Assembly (NCBI GenBank): GCA_036004205.1
Contig: DASYRS010000318.1
Location: 1 to 33,645, forward strand
Length of the DNA stretch: 33,645 bases
From: Dongiaceae bacterium
GTDB taxonomy: Bacteria > Pseudomonadota > Alphaproteobacteria > Dongiales > Dongiaceae
Direction: 5' to 3'
Shown here: in pieces, positions 25,943-33,645 of the stretch
Position numbering within the stretch: the stretch's first letter is position 1
Layout of the letters: every line of letters starts with the position of its first letter
The notes under the pieces: generated by a model
The model's database searches: none
What the model saw: only the letters and a program-made list of their open reading frames with translations
What the model was told of the DNA's origin: nothing
Position numbers and translations under genes: made by a program

Positions 25943-28342
25943 TCAGCCGCGGCGCAGACCCGCAATTGCCGCCTCGACGATGGCGGCGGCGTCGATCCGG
26001 TATTTCCGGTAAAGATCGGGAATGGTTCCGGTCTGGCCGAAATGCTCGACACCCAGCGCCTGGACCCGGTGGCCGTGAACGCCGCCCATCCAGGACAACG
26101 TGGTTGGATGGCCGTCGAGCACGGTGACGATCCGCGCATCGCGCGCCAGCGGCGCCAGCAAGCGGTCGATATGCGAGGCCTCTTCGCCGCGCCCATGCTG
26201 CTGCGCGGTCTGCGCCGCCTTCCAGCCTGCATTCAACCGGTCCGCCGAGGTGACCGCCAGCAGCCCCGCGCCGGGATAGTATCGCAGCAGTTCGCCCATC
26301 GCCGTCGCCGCTTCCGGCGCCACCGCGCCGGTGAAGGCGATGGCAAGCCCGGCTCCTTCGGCCGGCGGGCGCATCCAATAGCCACCCTGGATGATTCCGT
26401 CGCGCAAGCCAGGCGACATCGGGCGCAGCACCTGGTCGATGGTGCGGGTCGACAGGCGCAGATAGACCGAGCCGCCGTCGCGCTCATGCAGCCAGGCGTC
26501 GCCCTTGTCGGTCTTGGGCGCGCGCTGAATGTATTCCAGCGCCCATTCCAGGATAACCGCGAGCTCGTCGACATAAGACGGCTCGAAGCTGGCGATGCCG
26601 TCCTGCGCCATGCCGATCAGCGGCGTGCCGATCGATTGATGCGCGCCGCCTTCCGGCGCCAGCGTGATGCCGGACGGCGTCGCCACCAGGATGAAGCGCG
26701 CGTCCTGATAGCAGGCGTAGTTCAGCGCATCCAGCCCGCGCGCGATGAAGGGATCGTAGAGCGTGCCGATCGGCAGCAGCCGCTCGCCGAAAACGCTGTG
26801 GCTGAGACCCATCGCCGCCAGCATCAGGAACAAATTGTTCTCCGCGATGCCGAGCTCGATATGCTGACCGGCGGGTCCCTTGCCCCAGCGCTGTGCCGAC
26901 ATCAGCTTGCGCGCCTGGAACACGTCCTCCTGCGCCTGCATCGCGAACACGCCGCGCCGGTTGACCCAGGGGCCGAGATTGGTGGAGACGGTGACGTCCG
27001 GCGAGGTCGTGACGATGCGCTCCGCCAGCTTGCCGCCGGCCCGCGCGATCTCCGCCAGGATCTGGCCAAAGCCCTGTTGCGTCGACATCGCGCCCTTGAT
27101 CGGCGGCAGCGGGAGCGCGCCGACGTCGACGCGCTCAGCCTCAAAGCGCCGGCGCCCCTTGGCATTGAACGGCGTCTCCGCCAGCAGCGCCTCGAACTCG
27201 TGCTCCACGCGGTTGAGCCCGGCGCTCTTGGACCATTCCTGTCCGTCGAGGATGTTGTTCGCCGCCTTGAAGCCCTTCATCTGCTCGGGACTCATCAGGC
27301 CGGCGTGATTGTCCTTGTGCCCGGCCAGCGGCAGGCCGCGGCCCTTGATGGTGTAGCAGATGAAACAGACCGGCTGATCGGTGCTGCTGGCTTCGGAGAA
27401 CGCCTCCAGCAGGCTCTCCAGGCAATGGCCGCCGAGATCGGTCATGGTGGCGGCCAAGGTCTCGTCATCCATCGAGCCGATCAGCGCGCGCGCATCCTTG
27501 TCCGACACATCCTCCGCCAGTTGCGCGCGCCATCCGGCGGCGCCCTGAAACGTCAGCGCCGAATAGAGGCCATTGTCGCATGCATCGATCCAGTCGAGGA
27601 TCGCCTGCCCGGCCGGCTTGCCGCGCAACGCCTGCAGCCGCTTGCCGTATTTCACGGTGACGACGCGCCAGCCCATGTTCTCGAACACGGTGGTCAACTT
27701 GCCGGTCAGCGGCGCAGAGATCACCGCATCCAGGCTCTGCCGGTTATAGTCGATCACCCACCAGGTGTTGCGCAGATCGTGCTTCCAGCCCTCGATCAGC
27801 GCTTCGTAGATGTTGCCCTCGTCCAGCTCCGCATCGCCGACCAGCGCGACCATGCGCCCTTCGGGCCAGTGCCGGCCCCAGCCATGGGCGCGGATGTAGT
27901 CTTGCACCAGGCTGGCGAACGAGGTCATGGCGACGCCGAGCCCGACCGAGCCGGTGGAGAAATCCACGTCGTCGACGTCCTTGGTGCGCGACGGATACGA
28001 TTGCGCGCCGCCGAAGCCGCGGAACTCCTTCAGCTTGTCGAGGCTCTGGTTACCCAGCAGGTACTGGATAGCATGGAACACCGGCGAGGCGTGCGGCTTC
28101 ACCGCCACCCGGTCCTGCGGGCGCAGGATCGCGAAATAGAGCGCGGTCATGATGCTGACCAGCGACGCCGAGGAGGCCTGATGCCCGCCGACCTTCAGCC
28201 CGTCGTCGTTGTCGCGCTCGTGATTGGCGTTGTGGATGATCTGGGTCGACAGCCATAGCACCTTGCGCTCGAAATCGCGCAGCACATCGATCGGAAAGGT
28301 CCGCGCGCCAATTGCCGCCGGCGCGTTCGCCGCCTGTGTCAT
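25943..28342 (-). CDS. AceE-like ThDP-dependent 2-oxoacid dehydrogenase E1 (MdeB-like)
   Basis: KVGGHQASSAS, FSTGSVGLG, GDAELDEG...YN, ELGIAENN and EGGAHQS; directly downstream of the methionine gamma-lyase-like gene. Confidence 0.85.
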   Translation of the reverse strand: MTQAANAPAAIGARTFPIDVLRDFERKVLWLSTQIIHNANHERDNDDGLKVGGHQASSASLVSIMTALYFAILRPQDRVAVKPHASPVFHAIQYLLGNQSLDKLKEFRGFGGAQSYPSRTKDVDDVDFSTGSVGLGVAMTSFASLVQDYIRAHGWGRHWPEGRMVALVGDAELDEGNIYEALIEGWKHDLRNTWWVIDYNRQSLDAVISAPLTGKLTTVFENMGWRVVTVKYGKRLQALRGKPAGQAILDWIDACDNGLYSALTFQGAAGWRAQLAEDVSDKDARALIGSMDDETLAATMTDLGGHCLESLLEAFSEASSTDQPVCFICYTIKGRGLPLAGHKDNHAGLMSPEQMKGFKAANNILDGQEWSKSAGLNRVEHEFEALLAETPFNAKGRRRFEAERVDVGALPLPPIKGAMSTQQGFGQILAEIARAGGKLAERIVTTSPDVTVSTNLGPWVNRRGVFAMQAQEDVFQARKLMSAQRWGKGPAGQHIELGIAENNLFLMLAAMGLSHSVFGERLLPIGTLYDPFIARGLDALNYACYQDARFILVATPSGITLAPEGGAHQSIGTPLIGMAQDGIASFEPSYVDELAVILEWALEYIQRAPKTDKGDAWLHERDGGSVYLRLSTRTIDQVLRPMSPGLRDGIIQGGYWMRPPAEGAGLAIAFTGAVAPEAATAMGELLRYYPGAGLLAVTSADRLNAGWKAAQTAQQHGRGEEASHIDRLLAPLARDARIVTVLDGHPTTLSWMGGVHGHRVQALGVEHFGQTGTIPDLYRKYRIDAAAIVEAAIAGLRRG

Positions 28343-28369
28343 GGAGATGTTCCCCGCCCCCGTTTGCGT

Positions 28370-29653
28370 CTAGGCCGCCTTCATCGCCTCTTCGATGTCG
28401 GCGAGCAGGTCACCTGGGTCCTCGACGCCGATCGAAAGGCGGATGGTGCCTTCGGTGATGCCGAGCGCCTTGCGTTCTTCTGCCTTGATGCCGGAATGGG
28501 TGGTGGAAGCCGGATGACAGATCAGCGATTCGGTCCCGCCCAGGCTGACCGCCAGCTTGATGAGCTGGATCTTATTGAGGATCCGGAACGCGACCTCGCG
28601 CCCGCCCTTGACGTTGAAGGCGAAGGTCGAGCCCGCGCTGGTGCATTGCTTGGCCATGATCTCCGCCTCGCGCGTGCCCGGCTTGATGAAGCCGAGATAG
28701 TTGACACTCTCGACCATCGGATGCTCGCGCAGCCGTTCGGCGATGATGCGCGCGCTTTCGTTGGCGCGCTGCATGCGCAGGCTCAAGGTTTCCAGCGACC
28801 GGCTGATCAGCCAGGCGCTGTGGGGATCGAGTTGCGTGCCGAGGAGCCCGCGCAGCTTGCGCACGATGAACATGAGATCGCTGCGTCCCGCGACCGCGCC
28901 CGCCACCAGGTCGCTGTGGCCCGCCAGATACTTGGTCACCGAATAGGCCACCAGATCGGCGCCATGCAGGATCGGCTTCTGGTAGATCGGGCCGAGGAAG
29001 GTGTTGTCGACCATCAGCACCGGCTTGTGCCCCGTGCGCAGCCCATGCTGCAGGCATTGCCCTCCCACCAGGCTGATATCGATCAGCGTGTTGGTCGGAT
29101 TGGCTGGGGTTTCGACCAGCACCATGCCGAGCTGGCCATGGCGCGCCGCTTCGTTCATCGCGGCCGTGATGCCATCGACGCTCATGCCGTCCGTCATCGG
29201 GACGACCGTGATGCCGAAATCCGGAAAGAAGGTGGAGAACAGCGAGGAGGTGCCGCCATAGATCGGCTTGCTCATCACCATCGACATGCCGGGGCGCAGG
29301 AACGCCATGGCCGCGGTGGTGATCGCCGACATGCCGCTGGAAAAGACGCAGGCATCGTCCGCTTCCTCGAGGATCGAGATGCGGTCCTCGAGCACTTCGA
29401 GGTTCGGATTGTTGAAGCGCGAATAGACCAGCCCGGAAGTTTCTTCGGCGTTGAGCTTCACGCGCCCCGCCGTCACGTCGAAGAAGTGCGCGCCTTCCTC
29501 CGCCGAGCGGAAGGCGAAGGTGGAACTCATGAACAGCGGCGGCTTGACCGCGCCCTCGGAGAGCTTCGGATCGTAGCCGTAGCTCATCATCAAGGTGTCG
29601 GGGCTCAGCTTGTGCGTGCCCACGAAGCGCTTGTGATAGGACTGCTGTTTCAT
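28370..29653 (-). CDS. Methionine gamma-lyase-like PLP enzyme (Cys/Met metabolism family; MdeA-like)
   Basis: YSRFNNPN, SSGMSAI, ETPANPT, DNTF, SVTKYLAGHSD (PLP lysine), AVSLGGTESL and IRLSIGVE. Confidence 0.85.
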   Translation of the reverse strand: MKQQSYHKRFVGTHKLSPDTLMMSYGYDPKLSEGAVKPPLFMSSTFAFRSAEEGAHFFDVTAGRVKLNAEETSGLVYSRFNNPNLEVLEDRISILEEADDACVFSSGMSAITTAAMAFLRPGMSMVMSKPIYGGTSSLFSTFFPDFGITVVPMTDGMSVDGITAAMNEAARHGQLGMVLVETPANPTNTLIDISLVGGQCLQHGLRTGHKPVLMVDNTFLGPIYQKPILHGADLVAYSVTKYLAGHSDLVAGAVAGRSDLMFIVRKLRGLLGTQLDPHSAWLISRSLETLSLRMQRANESARIIAERLREHPMVESVNYLGFIKPGTREAEIMAKQCTSAGSTFAFNVKGGREVAFRILNKIQLIKLAVSLGGTESLICHPASTTHSGIKAEERKALGITEGTIRLSIGVEDPGDLLADIEEAMKAA

Positions 29654-29742
29654 GGCGGTCTCCCGAGACTCGATGGGGTCGATCGAGGTTAACCACGTTA
29701 CGCTGCGGCTTGCGCAAAGATGCGCCTAATTCCACCCTAGAA

Positions 29743-29772
29743 TTGACATTCCTGGCAAAATCCACCAAAAAT
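29743..29772 (+). promoter_or_regulatory. Possible sigma70 promoter for the Lrp gene (leaderless transcript?)
   Basis: Perfect TTGACA, then a weak AAAAAT 18 nt later, 7 nt before GTG 29780; no SD visible. Confidence 0.35.
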
Positions 29773-29779
29773 ACGTGCC

Positions 29780-30286
29780 GTGACGCAAAATACTGCCAAT
29801 CCGGATCTGGACGCCCTGGACCTCAAGATCCTTGCGGCGTTGCAGGGAAATTGCCGCCTCACTCTAGCAGAGTTGTCGGAGCATGTCGGCCTCTCCCAGT
29901 CGCCGTGCCTCCGGCGATGGCGCCGGCTGGAGGAGGAGGGCTACATCACCGGCTACACCGCGCAGGTGGACGCACGCAAGCTCGGGCGCAAGATGATGGC
30001 GTTCGTCGAGATCAAGCTCGCGATCCACAGCGACGAAGCGATCGAGCTGTTCGAGCGCGTAATCGCCCAGGCACCACAGGTGCAGGAATGCTTCCTGATG
30101 ACCGGCCAGCGCGATTATTTCCTGCGCGTGCTGGTGGACGACCTCGACGCCTATGACGAATTCGTCAAGACCGTCCTGCGCTCGGTCGGCAACATCAGCT
30201 CGATGGAGACGTCGTTCGCGCTGCGCGAGGTGGAGATGCGCAAGCGTCTGCTCGAGCCGCATCCCTCCCGGCGCGTCAAGCAATGA
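29780..30286 (+). CDS. Lrp/AsnC family regulator (MdeR-like)
   Basis: LDALDLKILAALQ.NCRL..AELSEHVGLSQSPCLRR.RRLEEEGYI and ECFLMTGQRDY; divergent from the lyase. Confidence 0.93.
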   Translation: MTQNTANPDLDALDLKILAALQGNCRLTLAELSEHVGLSQSPCLRRWRRLEEEGYITGYTAQVDARKLGRKMMAFVEIKLAIHSDEAIELFERVIAQAPQVQECFLMTGQRDYFLRVLVDDLDAYDEFVKTVLRSVGNISSMETSFALREVEMRKRLLEPHPSRRVKQ

Positions 30287-30954
30287 AGAAAGCGCGCGAG
30301 CCGGCCCTGACGCGAGCCATGATCGCGGCGCGCTTTCCGCAGCTCGTAAAAGACGACCCCGGCGCTCACAAGCTGAAGACCCCGGAAGAGCTTGCCGCGG
30401 CGCTCGATCGCATCCTGCTCGAGCATGATGAAGGCGATCTTTGGGTATTCGGCTATGGCTCGCTGATGTGGAAGCCCGAACTGGATTTCGTCGAGAGCCG
30501 CCCTGCGCTGCTCAACGGCTGGCACCGGCGTTTCTGCCTCTGGCTCTGGCGCTATCGCGGCTCGCGTCACCATCCGGGGCTGATGCTGGCGCTCGACCGT
30601 GGCGGGGCATGCCGGGGCGTCGCCTACCGCATCGCGGCGCCCGGCGTGCGCGACAAGGTGACGGCGGTCTGGAAACGGGAGATGACCGGCAACGGCTATG
30701 TCCCGCGCTGGGTCAAGCTCACCACGATGCAGGGGCTGGTCCGCGGCCTGGTGTTCGTCGCCAATCGGGACAGCGAACGCTATGCGGGCCGCATCACGGA
30801 CGAGATCGTCGCCGACCACATCGCGCAGGCCTGCGGAGAGGGCGGCACCAGCGCGGAATACCTGCTGGAAACAGTGCTGCGATGCGAGGAACTCGGCATC
30901 CACGACCGTTTCCTGTGGCGGCTGCAGGAACTGGTCGCGGAACGGATGCGCTAG
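30283..30954 (+). CDS. chaC: ChaC-like gamma-glutamylcyclotransferase
   Basis: LWVFGYGSLMWKP, RG...PGLMLALD.GG.C.G, WKREM and G.SAEYL; ATGA overlap with the Lrp gene. Confidence 0.85.
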   Translation: MKKAREPALTRAMIAARFPQLVKDDPGAHKLKTPEELAAALDRILLEHDEGDLWVFGYGSLMWKPELDFVESRPALLNGWHRRFCLWLWRYRGSRHHPGLMLALDRGGACRGVAYRIAAPGVRDKVTAVWKREMTGNGYVPRWVKLTTMQGLVRGLVFVANRDSERYAGRITDEIVADHIAQACGEGGTSAEYLLETVLRCEELGIHDRFLWRLQELVAERMR

Positions 30955-31003
30955 AGCGGGGAAAGGCGCTAGGATGCGGCGACCTCATTCCTTCAGGTGA
31001 TCT

Positions 31004-31621
31004 TTGGACCTCATCCTCTACGGCAACCGCGAATCCGGCCATTCATACAAGGTCAGGCTGATGCTGGCCTTGACCCAGACCCCGCACGAATACCGGCCGG
31101 TCGACCTCTCGGCGGCGCGCGACCAGCGCCCGGCGGAGTTCCGTGCCGTGAGCAAGTTCGGCGAGGTGCCGGTGCTGGTGGATCGCGCCCAGGCTTACGT
31201 GCAATCCGATGCGATCCTGCTGCACCTGGCGCAGCGCACGGCCAAGTTCTACGGCCGCGATGCGGTCGACCATGACCAGGTGCGCGAGTGGCTGTTCTGG
31301 GAAGCGAACCGGATCGGTATTTCAGTCCCCAATCTGCGTTATGCCCTGCGCTTCGTGCCGGAGACCAAGCCGGAGGTGCTGGATTGGCTGCGCGCCCGCG
31401 CGCTCGCCGACCTCGACCGCCTGAACAGCGAATTCGCGGAGCGTAAGTTCCTGCTGGGCGATATCCCGACCGTGGCGGACGTCGCGTGCTGCGGCTACCT
31501 GTTCTGGGCGGATCAGGCGGGACTCGACCTCACGCGCTGGCCGCACGTCCAGCGCTGGCTCGGCGACATCAGCGCCCTGCCCGGCTGGAAGCATCCGTAC
31601 GATCTGATGGAGCCGGCTTAG
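31004..31621 (+). CDS. Glutathione S-transferase family protein
   Basis: LYG..ESGHSYKV, FGEVPVL, QSDAIL and FLLGD.PTVADV; TTG start. Confidence 0.9.
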   Translation: MDLILYGNRESGHSYKVRLMLALTQTPHEYRPVDLSAARDQRPAEFRAVSKFGEVPVLVDRAQAYVQSDAILLHLAQRTAKFYGRDAVDHDQVREWLFWEANRIGISVPNLRYALRFVPETKPEVLDWLRARALADLDRLNSEFAERKFLLGDIPTVADVACCGYLFWADQAGLDLTRWPHVQRWLGDISALPGWKHPYDLMEPA

Positions 31622-32106
31622 AGAAACCGTTCGGCCCGTGCCTGGTCCGCGATCAGACAGAGTTCGCGCCGGCCGAACCAGCGATAGCGATTCTGCGCGA
31701 TCCAATCGTAGAGCTGGTCGAGCGGTTGTGCCGGCAGGACCGAGAAGACCGCCAGCCACGGCCAGGGCCAGCGCAGATACTGCACCATGCTGAGGAAGCC
31801 GGTGGACTTGTGCAGGATGACCGCGTTCTCGACCAGATAGAAGCTGTCGAAGCTCTGCGCCGGCAGGCGGTTGCGCTTCAGGAATTCCTGGCCCAGCGGC
31901 GATTGCGCCGCCAGGAACTTCAGCCGCTCCTTGGCGTCGTGCTTCAGCGCGAACTTCACCCAGCCATGGCAGAGATTGCAGGCCCCGTCATAGACCATGA
32001 CCGGTGCCCCGCGCGACAGGCCGGTCAGCGTGGGATCGAAGCCGGCCAGCCCGTCCCTGCGCTTGCGCTTCGGCTTCTCGCGCGCCATCGGCGTATCCTC
32101 GTTCAT
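31618..32106 (-). CDS. DCC-family thiol-disulfide oxidoreductase
   Basis: YDGACNLC (DxxCxxC), LKFLAAQS and YDWIAQNRYRWFGR...C. The start could be 32088. Confidence 0.88.
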   Translation of the reverse strand: MNEDTPMAREKPKRKRRDGLAGFDPTLTGLSRGAPVMVYDGACNLCHGWVKFALKHDAKERLKFLAAQSPLGQEFLKRNRLPAQSFDSFYLVENAVILHKSTGFLSMVQYLRWPWPWLAVFSVLPAQPLDQLYDWIAQNRYRWFGRRELCLIADQARAERFL

Positions 32107-32771
32107 CCGCGCGCCGCCCTGGCGCGGAAGCCGCGCGGCCGCATCCGCTGCGCAACGCGGAACGGATTGGGGAAGCGGCTGGTGACGGCGCTGACCTTGC
32201 CCAGCAACTTCGGCACCTGCATCACCTCGTCGATCCGGCGGTCAAGAAAAGTCCAGCTGTCGGCCGAGTCCACAGATTTGTCGTTGAGCCAATAGAGCAC
32301 GGTGGTCGAGTAGACGCCGGCTAACAGCGCGCGCTTGGTATAGAAATTGAAATCGGTCGCGGTGTCGCCCGCGCCGTACCACATCGCATCCACTGTGCGA
32401 TAGAGCAGGCGCAGCGCCAGCGCCGCATTATGCGGCATGGCAAGGAAGCTGCAGGCCGATTTGATCGCCTCGCGATGCCGCATGTTGCGTTGCAGCCGCG
32501 TCTTGACCGCGAAGGCGATGCGGTCGCGCACCCGCATCTCCGCGACGTTGGCGCGCGCCATCGCCTCCAGCATCTGGCGGTCCTCGGCTTCGTGGTAGAA
32601 CGCGAGCAATTCAGCCATGCCGCCCGGAAAGGCGTTGAGCGCGCGGTCCGCCGGAATGCCGGCATCGTTCGCGCCGGCATCGAACGCCTTCTGCGACCAG
32701 CCATCGAAGGCGGCGTGCGAGAGCGTCGCTTCCAACAGCGCCACACGATCAGCCTCGCGGTCATAGGTCAT
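32103..32771 (-). CDS. COQ9 family protein
   Basis: FDGWS, FPGG, DAMWYGAGDTATDFNFYTKR and TFLDRRI..VM; the usual rpsU-divergent context. Confidence 0.88.
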   Translation of the reverse strand: MTYDREADRVALLEATLSHAAFDGWSQKAFDAGANDAGIPADRALNAFPGGMAELLAFYHEAEDRQMLEAMARANVAEMRVRDRIAFAVKTRLQRNMRHREAIKSACSFLAMPHNAALALRLLYRTVDAMWYGAGDTATDFNFYTKRALLAGVYSTTVLYWLNDKSVDSADSWTFLDRRIDEVMQVPKLLGKVSAVTSRFPNPFRVAQRMRPRGFRARAARG

Positions 32772-32775
32772 CGCC

Positions 32776-33327
32776 CTAATCCTCTTCCACGTGCTGCCCG
32801 TCGCCGAACCGGCGCAGCTCTTCTACAAACGCCAGCGCCGACATATCGGTCATGCGCATCGGATAGAGAATGCCATCCAGGTGGTCGCATTCATGCTGCA
32901 CCACGCGCGCATGATAGCCCCGGGCCTCCCGCTCGAACATGCGGCCATGCAGGTCAAGCGCGCGGTAGCGGATATGGGTCCAGCGCGGCACCGGTCCGGC
33001 GAGGCCAGGGACCGAAAGGCACGCCTCCACCCCCGCCACCTTCTCCTCCGACAGGGGCTCGATCTCGGGGTTGATGAGAACGGTGAGGGGGATGTCCTCC
33101 GCCGGCTCGCCGGAAGCCGCCCGCCGGTCGCCCGGGACACAGAAGATCACGACTCGTTTCGAGGCATGGACCTGGGGGGCGGCGAGGCCAATCCCGCCCA
33201 CGTCCTCCAAGGTCTCCGCCATGTCGCGCACAAGCTGTTGAATCTCTTGGGATTTCGGGTCCGCGACCGGCTCGGCTCGAGCCTTCAGGACCGGGTGCCC
33301 CATGCGCGCGATTTTCAGGATCGCCAT
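32776..33327 (-). CDS. def: Peptide deformylase
   Basis: GIGLAAPQ, EACLSV and QHECDHLDG. Confidence 0.93.
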   Translation of the reverse strand: MAILKIARMGHPVLKARAEPVADPKSQEIQQLVRDMAETLEDVGGIGLAAPQVHASKRVVIFCVPGDRRAASGEPAEDIPLTVLINPEIEPLSEEKVAGVEACLSVPGLAGPVPRWTHIRYRALDLHGRMFEREARGYHARVVQHECDHLDGILYPMRMTDMSALAFVEELRRFGDGQHVEED

Positions 33328-33529
33328 CTCGCGATTTCTCCCTTTCCCTTTGAAATATGGGGCAGAATCAGCTCCACCGAAAGCCCCGTGAGGCCTTCAC
33401 AACATGACGAGCCTGTGCTACACACCGCGCCAATCAACGGGCGGCTGATCGTCGCCCGATGTTTTTTTGCGGTTTCAACCCGGCCGGTGGATGGATCGGC
33501 CGACGACAGAGATAGGAGCTGAGTCAACC

Positions 33530-33645
33530 GTGCAAGTCCTCGTCCGTGACAACAATGTCGACCAGGCCCTGCGCGCGCTGAAGAAGAAGATGCAGCGCGA
33601 GGGTATTTTCCGCGAAATGAAGATGCGCCGGAACTACGAGAAGCC
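33530..33645 (+). CDS. rpsU: 30S ribosomal protein S21 (3' end runs off the window)
   Basis: GTG 33530 after AGGAG translates to [38 protein letters not shown]. Confidence 0.95.
   Translation, partial: MQVLVRDNNVDQALRALKKKMQREGIFREMKMRRNYEK

Noticed and set aside
25904-28258. 784-aa plus-strand ORF
   Set aside because: Antisense shadow of the E1 gene.
32776-33327. Inactive deformylase because of EACLS instead of EGCLS
   Set aside because: The metal ligands (Cys, HExxH) and motif 1 are intact; a single Gly-to-Ala change is not enough evidence.
1-33645. Mobile elements, prophage, defence systems, parS sites or tRNAs
   Set aside because: No transposase, integrase, phage or nuclease ORF, GTTTCACGTGAAAC palindrome or cloverleaf was noticed by eye; weak cases could have been missed.

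Overview
GC-rich alphaproteobacterial (Rhodospirillales-like, inferred from the rpsU, mipZ and COQ9 gene set) chromosomal segment with no mobile element, tRNA, rRNA or CRISPR seen. Left end: ugd and galU, then mipZ, translationally coupled to a molybdopterin oxidoreductase that is split by a one-base frameshift in a G6 run. Centre (about 7.4-22.5 kb): an amine/amino-alcohol catabolic region with two APC permeases, a tandem glycine riboswitch in front of a GlxA/AraC regulator with a degenerate sensor domain, a GS-like gamma-glutamylamide synthetase, an aldehyde dehydrogenase, a GlpA-like/flavoprotein/FGGY-kinase module, a lipoprotein protease, DUF1287 and an Fe-alcohol dehydrogenase. Right part: a cupin/quinone reductase/LysR block, TauE, an mdeR-mdeA-mdeB-like methionine catabolism unit followed by ChaC and GST, then DCC, COQ9, def and rpsU. 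Best novelty candidate: a glycine-riboswitch-controlled regulator heading a putative ethanolamine-to-glycine gamma-glutamylation pathway that also carries a non-canonical glycerol-kinase-like module. All product calls come from motifs read by eye; no searches were run.
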